DNA of 64,000 bases from Octopus sinensis. Its lineage: Eukaryota. Position 1 is the first letter of the stretch. Each line of letters opens with the position of its first letter. The position numbers were made by a program, and so were the translations under genes. The stretch is taken from contig NC_043001.1 of assembly GCF_006345805.1 (NCBI RefSeq), forward strand, positions 40,734,001-40,798,000. The letters run 5' to 3'. The notes under the pieces are model-generated. The model worked only from the letters and a program-made list of their open reading frames with translations, did no database searches and was not told where the DNA came from. This document shows, piece by piece, positions 50,326 to 63,452 of this stretch.

Positions 50326-52164
50326 CAACCACCCTGCATCCTAGTAAGGTACCTAGCTCAATACATCTGACTGTGTATAAGGAGCAAAGTATCACTGATG
50401 GTTCAAATATTATAGTAAGCCAACAAAGAAATCACTACATGGTCAATAGATCTGTTAGAAACAATGTTTTCCAATTTAGGCTAGCCATGTACACAACCAA
50501 ACTTTTGCATAGTTGTGGATCTGCCAGATATCTGGACATGTTATCTTCTAGCTACAGGCTTGTTGCTATGCATACAGTATAACTAACACACCATACATAC
50601 CTATTAGTATTGATTAATACAAATACACATGTGTATAAAAACATGTGAAACAGGAATGTGTACAGCATGATGTATTCTTTAATGAAACATGAATAATAAA
50701 AGAAAACACCTCATAATAGATGTGTGTTACTATGTTTACAAAAAAATAATGTGTCTTTGTTCTTTTAAGTGTTTATGAAGAATATGAATGAAATGGAATG
50801 AGATATGCAAGATGAACAAATCTAGTGAGAGAGTGGATGAGGATAGAAATAATATCATTGAACAGCTGTGACATAGAACAGCAAATAACACCCACAACAT
50901 TGGTTTATTAGCAGGCAACAGCTCAAAGAAAAGAAAGGATGAGAAAAAGAGAGAGAAAGAGCAAGAGAAAGTGAGTGAGTGAATTCATATTGGTAAGAAG
51001 AACCAATATCAATAGTAATAAGAGACAGATGATAATGGTTGTTGTTGTTGGTGGTGGTGGTGGTATTACATTGATGAAGACACAACAGCTGGTGACATAT
51101 ATTGTCATTGCAGCAAGGAATAGAAAAGAGTTACTTTTATTTTGGAATATAGTAAAAATGATCTAGTAAATATTTTTTATAATTTAGAACTATTTTCAGC
51201 TGATATATTATAGCTGACATGTTCTTCTGAACTTTATGGTATAACTTTATAGTGTTATAGAATAGAAAACAAGAAATAATCGTCCAGAAAGCGAAAGTTC
51301 TTAAACTGGTTTCCATGGTTGTAGTTTCTAATAATTTCACTTATTTCATGTCATTCATATAACAACATCCTTGAAAAAAATACGAATGTCAGACCTTGTA
51401 TTTCTCAGCACTAACAAAACTTCAAGCTACCCACTTAGAGAAGATAATGAAGAAAACTTTCCAATGTATCCTCACTAGAGACAAGATGACAAATTCATAG
51501 GAAGTCATGTCAGGATATAAACATATCTGCTTTCAGTAATAAATGTAAAGTTGCTGATGATGTTGCAGTTTTGTATGTGCAACATTTTGCTGTTATTGGT
51601 GCGATGTTATATGGTTCATGTAGTTTATGGTGTGAATATAAGGTTTTGAAAATTGTTAGGTATGTAAAGCTTACTTCTCAATTCAGTGTGAAACAAAGAG
51701 AAAAATGTAACAATTTTTCTCATGCAGACTTTTATAGAGGAATTTCAATAAATAGAATGTTAGTTTTTTTTAAAGTGAAATACTCAATGAAATTCTTTAT
51801 TTAAATTCTATTAGATATATAAGCTAATGAGTGAGTTTCAATGTCATTGCTTAATCTGCAAGAAATAACAGCCAAATCTCCTTTATATCACACCCAACTA
51901 TTTTAAGAAAAGGAAAGGAGACATTGCATCATGAAATCTTTGATAAAAAGAAAAGAAAAGAAAAAAAAAAGGAATGGTTACATTTGGAATGCATTTGATC
52001 AAAGTTCTACTGACTCTGGGCTCTGGGACTAAATGACAATTATTAGATGCATTTTGTTTTACACATACACATCAGAAGTGCACTGAAGCTAAAGTTGCAA
52101 AGATGATCAAGACAGTATAGTTCAACATTAAATACACAATATTTTAACATACAAAAAGGGGGGG

Positions 52165-52378
52165 GGGCGAGCTGGCAGAAACGTTAGCACGCTGGGTGAA
52201 ATGCTTAGTGGTATTTCATCTGTTTTTAACGTTCTGAGTTTAAATTCTGCTGAAATCGACTTTGCCTTTCATCCTTTCGTGGTCAATAAATTAAGTACCA
52301 GTTGCATACTGGGGTTGATCTAATTGACTGGCCCCATCCCCCAAAATTTCAGGCCTTGTGCCTAGAGTAGAAAAGAAT
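52165..52378 (+). mobile_element. Family B SINE, near full length
   Basis: ggcgagctggcagaaacgttagcacg ... cttgtgcctagagtagaaaagaat. Confidence 0.82.
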
Positions 52379-52642
52379 ATTTTGACATACAAAATCAAAA
52401 TCCTGCATGGACAAATGTAATCAACTAGATTGATCTAAGTTATTACAACCTTTCCTCCAGAAAAATACAACATACTCCTGCCACACACACACAATCATGT
52501 CTATTGTGTGGTTAAAAATTTACTTTGTGAACAAGTGATCTATGGTTCAGTCCCACTATGTGGCTCCTTGGATAAGTGTCCTCTACTACAACTCCAGACA
52601 GATAAATGCCTTCTGAGTGAATTGCAGAAAAAAACTATAAGA

Positions 52643-52643
<1 letters not shown>

Positions 52644-52726
<83 letters not shown>
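52644..52726. repeat. (GA)n microsatellite
   Basis: Directly visible. Confidence 0.95.
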
Positions 52727-52728
<2 letters not shown>

Positions 52729-55143
52729 TGTGTGAGTATATGTTTGTGTCTTTTCCTTGTAGTTAAATAGGCTGATTGTAAACAAAGACACCATTCATAT
52801 AACTGGTATCATTTGTTTACAATTTTCCATGAAACCAGGCTTGGTCATTGAGTTGTTCTTTGTTCAAACAACAAGTGGAGTGAGGGTTGGCAACATGTAG
52901 AGTACCAGGTTGTAGAAAATTTGCCTCACCAAGTTTTGTCTGACCCATGTAAGGAGAGAAAAGTGGATGTTAAAACAATAATGATGATAAACACTTATAC
53001 CATAAGCTATTTAATGTACAGCATTGAAGTGAGTTAACCCTGCCTCGACAATACCACTTCTAGCATCAAACACTGCAGTTGAAAACATACATCCACAGTC
53101 CACATCCAGAATTTACCTGCAACTGACAATATCAAGCCACCTTTCTACTGAGGAAATTCTGTCTTTCCATAGCAGTGGTATGTAGAATGACAATCATCAT
53201 ATTTAATAGTATCCAAGAAATTATATGGGGCTTAACATTTGCATCTTTTAGGATGTAGAAACAGAATAAACTTCACTACTCTGTCTGGCTTTATTTGGAA
53301 GCTTAGATACAAGAAGAAAAAAACTCACTATATAACAGAGCAAGGAAAAATAAGCAAATAAATAAAAAAAAAAAAAAAAATTTGTCAACATTTGTAGAGT
53401 TAATATAAAATTTGAAACAAAATTTGGAATATCATAAAAAAAGTAATCCCATACTCTAATGGCTCATGTAGCTGCAGTCTCTGTTTGTCAGAAAACAGAA
53501 TGTAAGGGGTCATAAAATAATAATCTTAAGTAATTTGTTTACTGTTCCACCAATCATGCCAAATACCAATGATATTCTGATTACCAATAAAAGTTGTTAC
53601 AACAGATTCAATTGACTTTTCCAATCACTCACACTTCCCAAAATATGGTCCGCCTATTTATGTAGCAAATAAACATTAGGAGTAGCATTTTTGATGTATG
53701 CAGTAGAATGAAGAAAGTATTTATTCATTTATTCACGTTATTCATTTACTCACTTCTGTATGAGTTAAATAAATATCCATCAAGTGAAATTTGATGGGCA
53801 AGTCAGGAAATTGGCTAACATAGAACAAATTAAGTATATCAGTAACATAACAAAAATTTTATAATAGAAAAAAAAATTCACTGTATAACAGAGAAAGGAA
53901 AAATAAGCAAATAAATAAATAAGAAATTTGTCCACATTTGTAGAGCTAATATAAAATTTAAAACCAAAAAAGAATTAAAAAAACACAGAAAAGAGAACCT
54001 GCAAATCTGTTACAATTTAATATCAATTTCAATTCAGAACAGAAAGAATGAATACACTTTCGTACTTTTGAAGCTTAACAGAATAGACTGGATGTGTGGT
54101 ATACGTGTAGAGCCATTTTATATATACTCACACACACATGTCTATGCATGGCTACTTTCACTGTCTATCTACACACACACACATCAGTACATGTATGTTT
54201 GTACCCACGCACACACACACTTTTATAGTTACTGATGTACTGAATGTGTGACGAATTACCATAAAAATCTGGGGCCTGATTTTTCTGCTATGTTAAATTT
54301 CCATATCAGAGTATAATGCTGTCAATGGAGTATCAATATGAATTTGGGCTATCGTATGGTAACAAGAACTAAATTTAGTGAAGAAAAACAAAGAACAAAA
54401 CAAATCATTGATACTTCAGATACTTCATTACATATGCTTTCAGTAATTACTTCTCACATCTTCAGATAACATATCACAATATATTTTAATATATCACAAC
54501 CTAGTTATCAAAACATTATATTTTGATAGATACTGAAATATATTTTGATATGTCATGTAAAGAAGTGATAGGTAATTGATTATATTATTATTATTGAAAT
54601 GTCAAAAATTTTTCTGCTTTTTCTTTTAGACTACATACATATAAATATAAATATATGTTCAATAAGATCCAGTCAATCATGGTCAATGGCTTGTTAACAT
54701 CTAGCACCTTGTATAGGATACTCGAAGGAACAAATAATCAATCAATAAAATTCATTAATCAATGTATCAGATACAGTTGGTTTCATATCAAAATTAATGG
54801 AGTAATCCTGATAAGATGACAAATATACATATAACCTGCTTCTATGTTTGTTGTGTAGACTATGAAGAAGGCACACTATTGGCTATTTGCTAAAACTGAA
54901 TATCTCAATGTGTTTTTTTTTCTTCTTCTTTCTCATAACAATTTGATGATCATTGTGGCATAAAGTTTGATACCTAACAGTTTGCACCTGAAAACAAGGC
55001 AAATTACAGCTTATATTATGATGTATTTTATAATCATAATATGAATTTTTTTCTACTTTGAAAACACTCAGAATACTTAACTGCACTTATCCATTCCTCT
55101 CTTTGATATATCTATATACATAAATGGCAATTTCTATCTGTTG

Positions 55144-55965
55144 GTGAATTTGTTACTTTAACTCCTCCAAGACTATCCAACCAATCTTGATGAAACTTGA
55201 CATGTATGTGGGGCTTATGCCTATGCGATCACTTACGCACTTGGAATTTCAAAAAATCGATAATTTTTATCAACATCGATTTTTCAAAAATCAGTAGGAT
55301 ATTTCAATGTAAATTCTCATATGAATGTTATAATCTACCATAACTTTTTAAGTTTTTAACCAATTTTCTTGAAATTTTATACACAGATGGAATATGCACT
55401 AAGGATGGGTTGAGACATATAAAAATATTTATACACATACACAAAAATGACGACAAAATGGGTTCGCTACCAGACTCTGGTCATTTTTCATCAAATTGGT
55501 CCTAACCATTAATATAGATTCCAATTTGACGAAAAATGCTGAAATTCAACAAAGAATGTTTCAGGGGGTATAAACAGACATCTTATTAATGGTAATCTTA
55601 TTAGCATTTGCTAATTCTGCATTTCAATACGAATTGTTTTCATTTGCTAAAATTTATTATTTCAATTCGTTGATTTAATTCCCCAGTGTTCTAGGTTTTA
55701 AATAGGTAAGTGCATTTTATTTCTCAAGCATTTCATGCATAACCATAGATATACTGACAATCAAACAACATTTATACAAACTACTACCTATATGCAAGGT
55801 TTGACTTATCAGTATACCCCCTCTTAACTTGCAAATACTTTTGGAGTTCAGATTTGCATGAAGTTACTTACATGAACCTTAACTCTTATAGAAGGTCTTT
55901 TAAGACAAGGGATATTCTCATGTGGGCCTCAACTTACTTAAGAAAGCCAGGACTGCTTATCCACC

Positions 55966-56038
<73 letters not shown>

Positions 56039-56312
56039 GAATTTGTTACTTTGACTCCTCCAGGACTATCCAACCAATCTTGATGAAACTTGAAACGTGT
56101 ATCAGGCTTATGCTCATGCAGTCACTTTTGGACTTGATATTTCAAAAAAATTGATAATTTTTAATCAGCATCGATTTTTCAAAAATCAGTAGGACATTTC
56201 AATGAAAATTCTCATATGAATGTAATTTTCTGCCATGACTTTTAAAGTTTTCAACTGATTTTCTTGAAATTTTATACACACATGGAATATATGCTAAGGA
56301 TGGGTTGAGACA
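55144..56312. repeat. ~275-bp direct repeat (55144-55417 and 56037-56312), probably internal to a Helitron-like non-autonomous element
   Basis: Offset 893. Motifs atcttgatgaaacttg and ttttcttgaaattttatacaca are typical of invertebrate rolling-circle-like repeats. The classification is inference. Confidence 0.7.
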
Positions 56313-56922
56313 AATTTTTACCTAGGCCACTCAAGCAAAGCACAAGGTGATTTTTGATTAACGAAATTTGGCCTAAATTGTTGTGGGGTTAAAATGTTCA
56401 ATTATTTCAGCATTTTCAGGTTGCTGTAATAGGAATTTTTTAACACCTGCATTCTAAACATTGCAGCATTGTATGCTAAAACATGGAACATGTATTTTCT
56501 TAACACCTGCATTTAAAATTGTTGGCTCTAACCGTTGCAATCAATATTTGATTCTCACGATCAGTGAAACTATACCCATGAAACACAGTCATCAAATTAA
56601 GTGCCTTTTCTCCAAATAATTTTTTCTTTACTTTTCAAACTTTTATGTTCTTTTTTTTCATAGCACTCCTTTACAGTTCCCTTCTTGGTGTTTCCATTGA
56701 TTATATATTTGCAGCTTTCCACTCATCTGACCAAACAATTGTCATTTTCCAATTCCATATATATTTATTTGTATTATTGTTTCATGAATGAATTTGCTTA
56801 CGCCTTCTATTATCTGTCCTATGTATTTATTTCATTTTACGTTTGAGAGAAATTAGGCATTGTAATGGGTACTGGGAATATCCCTGCTCTCAAGTATTAC
56901 TGGGTACTTCAGCTAGTATATT

Positions 56923-57032
56923 TATACACACACAAGCATACACAATCTGATGAAGGCAAGCCAGTTGAAACTTTGAAGTCTGTCAATATTTTCCTTGTAA
57001 AATTAATAAATATTCATACACACACATGCCTA

Positions 57033-57068
<36 letters not shown>

Positions 57069-57070
57069 TA

Positions 57071-57106
<36 letters not shown>

Positions 57107-57204
57107 TAGGCATGTGTGCGTATGAATATTTATTAATTTTACAAGGAAAATATTGATAGACTTCAAAGTTTCAACTGGCTTGCCTTCATCAGATTGTGTA
57201 TGCT

Positions 57205-57216
<12 letters not shown>
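56923..57216. repeat. Near-perfect palindrome (arms 56923-57033 and 57106-57216) centred on (TA)n
   Basis: Two mismatches between the 111-bp arms. Confidence 0.95.
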
Positions 57217-57237
<21 letters not shown>

Positions 57238-58299
57238 ATATATATGCAGAGTATTCAGCTAAACTTGATGACTGTGTATGTCTCTTATATTTTTTTTCAG
57301 GAACAGCTTGATGAATTGGTGAACAGCCAACGGCATCGGAGAGCATAAAGATTAAATTTGTAGTTGAGAAAAAGTTAGCTGACATGGAAGGTTAGAAGTC
57401 ACCTGGATATTGGAAAAGTGTTACCATTATCATGATGATTCACACCTGGTACCAAAATGCTGGAGACATTACTAATTTACTTATGGTGTGGTAGGATAGG
57501 CAATTTAGACAAAAATTGGCACTGTATGTTAATGAAACTAACATTGGTATTAACTTCAAAATCAAAGTCAAGAGCAAAATATGTACATTTTCATCCTGCT
57601 GACAGTGTGTACTATACAACACACAACAAATTCCATCCAAGAGATTATAAAATGTCACTGCTAAATACTCCTCTAGGCACCATAAGAGAGTTTAACCAGC
57701 AACAGAGCTATTCTATACTCTATAATCATTAATATAAAATTCATGGCAAAGTCATTAGTAATTGGTTAAAACTTTGCTATGTTGGTAAAAAAGAAAAAAG
57801 AAAAATTAGAAGATAAATATTTTAAGTCAATGATCTATAAGTGTAACAATGACACAAGTAAAAATGGTTACAAAACATGTGCCACAAATCCATATATAAA
57901 CAGAAATAAAAAAAATAAAGTACACCATATAGGGTGCCAAGAAAGATCATGCACAAACCTATGTGAAACTTACATAAGAGAGACAGCTGAAGAATAGTGG
58001 TTAAAATTTCAGTAAGCATTGGAAATGCTATATCAAAAAGAAGTACACTTTCATTTTTCCTAACATGTGTAAAATAAATACAATGGTTTAGTCAATGGAA
58101 TCAACATGGATATCCTATCTTCACATCTCTGATCCAAATGCTAAGACAAGTAACTGAATAAGGTTGCATACAAGAATACAAACCCAATCTCAGTATAAAT
58201 ACGAGAGACAACAATGAACCACACAAAAGAAGTGCATGTCTTTGTTTCCTTCTCCACTTAGATAAATTTTATAGGCAGTTATGAGTGTGTGCATATATA

Positions 58300-58645
58300 A
58301 TAATAATGTTCGTCCTTCGGGTTCGAAGATGACCACTGACATCATCTGGTGGAACTGCCGCCATGAGACCGGAAGTGGCTGGTGAGACCAATCCGGGGAA
58401 GGAAGCCCCTCCCACAGGTGGGGCAGAAGTGGGTAGGGGCCGTGCTACTGGTGCAGGCGGCTCTGGCTTTCCGCATCTGGCGTTTCTGCTCTGCTGACCG
58501 AATCCGTCCCACCTCGGCTGTCCCTGCTCCTGTGGTGATTGCGCTGCGCCAGGATGAGCTGTCGGCAGCAAGTGTCTCCCAGGTCTCTGTGCCGATGGAG
58601 AAGTCTTTGAGAGAGACCTTGAGACTGTCCTTGAAGCGCTTCTTC
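58300..58645 (-). mobile_element. Young 5'-truncated RTE LINE with 10-bp target duplication
   Basis: Uninterrupted QKKRFKDSLKVSLKDF..WETLAADSSSWRSAI..CPTCGRGFLPRIGLTSHFRSH. The 3' end is tggtcatcttcgaacccgaaggacgaac(att)n. TGCATATATA occurs at 58290-58299 and 58646-58655. Confidence 0.92.
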
Positions 58646-58669
58646 TGCATATATATACATATTTACATA

Positions 58670-59045
58670 GACATAGTGTGGTAAGAAGTTTGCTTCCTGA
58701 CCACATGGTTCCAGGTTTAGTCCCACAGTGTGTGGAACTTTTTGCAAGTGTCTTCTAGTACAACCTTGGGTTGACCAAGGTTGTACTTATGAGGGGATTT
58801 GGAAGAGGGAAACTGAAAGATGCCCATCAAAATGCGTGTGTGTGCATGATTTGGTACCCCACAACTGCTTGACAACTTATGTTGGAGTGTTTACATCCCT
58901 GTAACTTAACAGTTCAGCAGAGAGACCAATAGAATAAGTACCAGGCTTAAAAAAAAATAACAAGTACTGGATTAACTTGTTCAGGTTACATATTGCAAGG
59001 CTATGTCCCAACATAGTCTAATTACTGAAACAAGTAAAAGATGAA
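58670..59045 (+). mobile_element. Family A SINE
   Basis: Head gtgtggtaagaagtttgc and body gagaccaatagaataagtacc. Confidence 0.75.
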
Positions 59046-59069
59046 AGATACATACATACATGGTGGTTG

Positions 59070-59310
59070 TCTACTCCTTATGCAGAGTCTAACCACCTCT
59101 TGTACTTACACCTTAGATTTTTCATGGCATCTGATGTGGCCTTTTAAACCAGAGAATGTTCTGGAAAGATACCTACATAGATTGCATATCTGATTTGGGC
59201 CACCAAGAGCTACAGTTAAGTTCTGATCTTTGTGGATCTTAAAATGTCTTTTAAGGCCTCTCTTAGATTTGTAGACCTTATGGCATACACAGCATTGACA
59301 TACATACACA
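59070..59310 (-). mobile_element. LINE (RTE-like) 3' end encoding two C2H2-like fingers
   Basis: CCVCHKVYKSKRGLKRHFKIH and CNLCRYLSRTFSGLKGHIRCH, with no TGEKP linker. The stop is followed by a short UTR. The 5' side is truncated into microsatellite. Confidence 0.55.
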
Positions 59311-60149
59311 CTTATACACATATATACATTTATACAAAGACACATACACATATGTAAAAAGCAACCAGTACACTGTAAAGCGGTTAGCATTAGGAAGGGC
59401 ATTCACCCATAGAAACCAAGCCAAAACAGACTATTGAGCCTGGTGTGGCCCCTGGCCTGCCAGTTCTTGTCAAGATATAGACAGTTCCTGTCTATGCCAG
59501 CATGGAAAATGGATATTAAATATTGATGATGATGATGATATTTTACACAGACACACATATATATACAAACATACGTTTGTCTTTTCTCCATTTTATATTC
59601 ATTTTTCCATGCTAACATGAACTGTATGAATACATATTGAGCCAATTGTTTTACAGTCTGATGTCCTTCCTGTTTCTAGCCCTTCCATGTTTTTCAAGTA
59701 AAGGAATTTTTTTTTTTATTCATTACACACATTTCTCAAAGTGAAAAGCCAAAGAGTAATTTTGTTGAGAGGGAATGTCAATAAACAGCACTGATTTTAG
59801 TTAAATGCTTTTCATAGAATACCCAGACTATAAATATTACTACAACTACATGCATGCACACACACACACACACATGCACACACACACACAAATACACACA
59901 TAATCAACAGGTATACACATGTGACTGGTGTGTTTATATGTGTACATTGAAATGAAGTTTATACAGATAAACACATATATATGGTTTTTCATTGATATTG
60001 TTTCTATATCTGCACATATCTCTTGGCATCATTCCCATCTATATATTTTTAAAACCACAAGGCTAAAATTAAATTTAATCAACATAGCAAAAACTTAATT
60101 TCTCTGGACAAGAACGTCACCAAAAATACATTAATACTGAGATACAGAC

Positions 60150-60610
60150 ATGCCTGTGTGGTTAAGAAGTTTACTTTTCAACTATATAGATCCAGGTTCA
60201 GTCCCATTGTGTGGCACCTTGGGTGAGCGTCTTCAACTATAGCCTCATGCTAATTAAAACCTTATGAGTGGATATGGCAGGTGGAACCTGAAAGAAACCT
60301 GTCATATATATACATTTATACATACATGCATACACAAGACACACACACACACACACACACACATACATGTATATGTGTGTGAATATATATATTTTTTTTT
60401 CTTCTTTTATTTATTTCAGTCATTTGACTGCGGCCATGCTGGAGCACCGCCTTTAGTCGAACAAATCGGCCCCAGGGCTTATTCTTTGTAAGTCTGGTAC
60501 TTATTCTATCGGTCTGTTTTGCCGAACCGCTAACTTACGGGGACGTGAACACACCAACATCGGTTGTCAAGCAATGGTGGGGTGAGGGACAAACACAGAC
60601 ACAAACATAC
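60150..60610. mobile_element. Family A SINE head (+) abutting a young family A body (-)
   Basis: Similarity to 1770-2193. Confidence 0.78.
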
Positions 60611-61205
60611 AGGCTAGCAACAGGAAGGGCATCTAGCCATAGAAAATTTGCTTAAATGAATTCTGTCTGACCCATGCAAGTATGGAAAACTGCACATTAG
60701 AATGGTGATGACAACGATGATGATGATGATGATAACAATGAAGAAGAAGGAATTGAAAGCAAACCATTAAGACAAGTGAAGGACATAAGAATAAAAAGAA
60801 AGAAAAAAAATGATGCATATATGTTAAATTGTAAACAAACAAGAGGATAGAACTTTTACATGACTTTGATCAAACCAGACCTATGATCAAACCATTCCTG
60901 CTATGACTATCTCATCTTATTTTCACTAAATCCAACCCATGCCAGCATGTAAATGGGCATCAAATAATGAATGATGTATTCAAGACCAACTTATCAAATG
61001 AATCATGTTATTTTGAATGATAAAGCATGATTTGAGGGCAATACGACTACTACCTCTAGCAGATTGAATGTCCACATGATGTCCTAGTTGGTTCAAGGTA
61101 AAATTGGAAAGGATGAAGTTGTTAGATCCAGCAAGCTACATTACCTCTAGTTTTGTTTAAACCCAGATTAGCCCAGACCAAGCAGGTCTATGAACATAAG
61201 CAATC

Positions 61206-61312
61206 TTTTGAGGGTAATTTGGTTGTTATTTTTACCAGTTCTTATAACCACATAGATGATCTCTCTTTGGCTTGGGGACAAATATAAAATACTTATTTTC
61301 ACTCCAAGGTGA

Positions 61313-61346
<34 letters not shown>

Positions 61347-61471
61347 ATAAGACTTAATATGTCATTGCTTTTATTAAAATAAGAATTGTTTTGAGGGTAA
61401 TTTGGCTGTTATTTTTACCAGTTCTTATAACCACATGGATGATCTCTCTTTGGCTTGGGGACAAATATAAA
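61206..61471. repeat. 83-bp direct duplication (61206-61288 and 61389-61471)
   Basis: Offset 183, two mismatches. Confidence 0.9.
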
Positions 61472-62234
61472 GTAATCATTAGTGTTGCATTTCAAATTAA
61501 TCCAAATACTAATATAGCTTTTGACAGCTTTTAAATACATACAATAGATTTTTATGGTGCTGTCTTCTGATTAGCTGAATGTTCAGCAGTCTGCTACTGC
61601 ATTATATGTGCAGTGCTATATCTTGTGCTAGAGATTTGCAGTTAATATGCTACACACAAACACCCCAGGGATTTCAAGCTATTAAAATGATGATTTTTAC
61701 ATAAATGTGTAAGTCTAAGGAAAAGAATGTGCAATTTGTCACGTGCTGAGAGAGTATTCAAATACATAGTTTAGTTGTTGATGTGGTTTAATCCACAGAT
61801 AAGTCCTAATCAAACAACCTTATGGCTGAGAGTGTTCTAACCACGAGCATTCTACCTTATTTTCAGATAATATGTCTAGAACTACATTATTCAGACACAG
61901 AAATCTGGTGCAGTCTTCTGCCTAGCCAGTTCTTGTCAAATCATCCAACCCATGCAAGCATGGAAGGCAGATGTTAAACAATGATGATGAAGATAAAAAT
62001 AAAATATGTATGGAAGTGAATGGGCCTATGAATCATTCATACTTTACAGAAGAGAATTGATTTCAATCAGAAGTTACTAAAGCCAAGTTAAGACATGGCT
62101 ACGAGATTATTTAACCTATATAAGTAATCTTAAAATTATTCCCTCAATTTCTGCTTATTTTTGTAACAGCAGTTTAAATTAATGCAGTTAGATATATGTC
62201 CTATTTCTAAACTAATTTGTTATCTTTTATCTTT

Positions 62235-62426
62235 TGTTTGTTTCAGTTGTTGTACTGTGGGTATGCAGGGTTTAGTCGAACAAGTCAACCCTGGTTCTTA
62301 TTTTTTGAACTCTGATACTTGTTCTGTTTGGTCCATTTTGCTGAAACTGCAAAGTTAATAGGACATAAACAAACCACCACCAGTTCTCAAGCAGCTGGGC
62401 TGGGACAAACACAAAGACATGCACGC

Positions 62427-62457
<31 letters not shown>

Positions 62458-62495
62458 ACAGCTTTTTACAGTTTCTGTCCACCAAATTCACTCAC
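62235..62495 (-). mobile_element. Family A SINE, partial
   Basis: Similarity to other copies. Confidence 0.65.
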
Positions 62496-62789
62496 AAGGC
62501 ATTGTTAAAAATGTATAAATAAAATTAGAAATTTCCAGCCAGCCAAACATTTAAGTAGTTTTTGGTTATGACCTTATCGAGGTGTTTTTTTTTTTTATTA
62601 CTATACAATTCTTGGCAATTTTTTTTCCCTCCATCTTCCTTTTCTCTTGGACTTTCCTCTGTCCTGTTTCCGAAGAAGAGCTTTGCCTGTAAAACAACCT
62701 TTTTTTCCTTCCCTGGGCATCTGTTAATACTTTGCATGTACCATGTCCTCGCATTGTTGCTTTTTTCTTCATTTTTTTGGATTAATTTC

Positions 62790-62820
<31 letters not shown>

Positions 62821-63398
62821 TACATACACACATACGTATATACATTGGTGGAATGTACCAGTGAAGACCTCAATAAAATGTAAGCACAACATACCTGATA
62901 TAATGATTTGGGATAGAGAAAACAAACAGTGCACATTTGTGGAAATTAGCTGCCCAGCAGATGTTAAGATCAGTGGAAAAGAGAACTATTAAGAAATCTG
63001 CAGTTACTCTATCCAGATTACAAGTTCAGGTTTATACCTGTACTTATTGAGGCCCTGAGATATGTAACACACTGCCTAAATACCAATCTTGAGAAATTAG
63101 GCTTCTCAAAATCAGAACGGAGAAAACTAGTTTGAAGACTACAGTTCCAATCCATCACTGGAACAGTAAAAATCTGTAAAACTTTCCAGAAGTTTATCAT
63201 TTAAATATATGTGAGCATGTCTATATATGTAACTATATGCATTAGAATACATACATAAAACATACATACATACAAACAAAAATACCCTGTTCTTGATGTT
63301 GAAATTCCAATGAAGGAACCTTGGATCTAGGTTAGAAACCAGTTCTTTCTCTATTGGCAAGAAATCTTGAAATAAACTGAATAATGACTGACTGACTG

Positions 63399-63452
<54 letters not shown>

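Noticed and set aside
59106-59402. C2H2 zinc-finger host gene
   Set aside because: Only two fingers, no TGEKP linker, an N-terminus made of microsatellite and a SINE-derived segment, and a retroelement-like 3' end.
62660-62700. Hammerhead-like remnant ccgaagaagagctttgcctgtaaaac
   Set aside because: Both core halves are broken (no CTGA, no GAAA), so it is at most a decayed relic.
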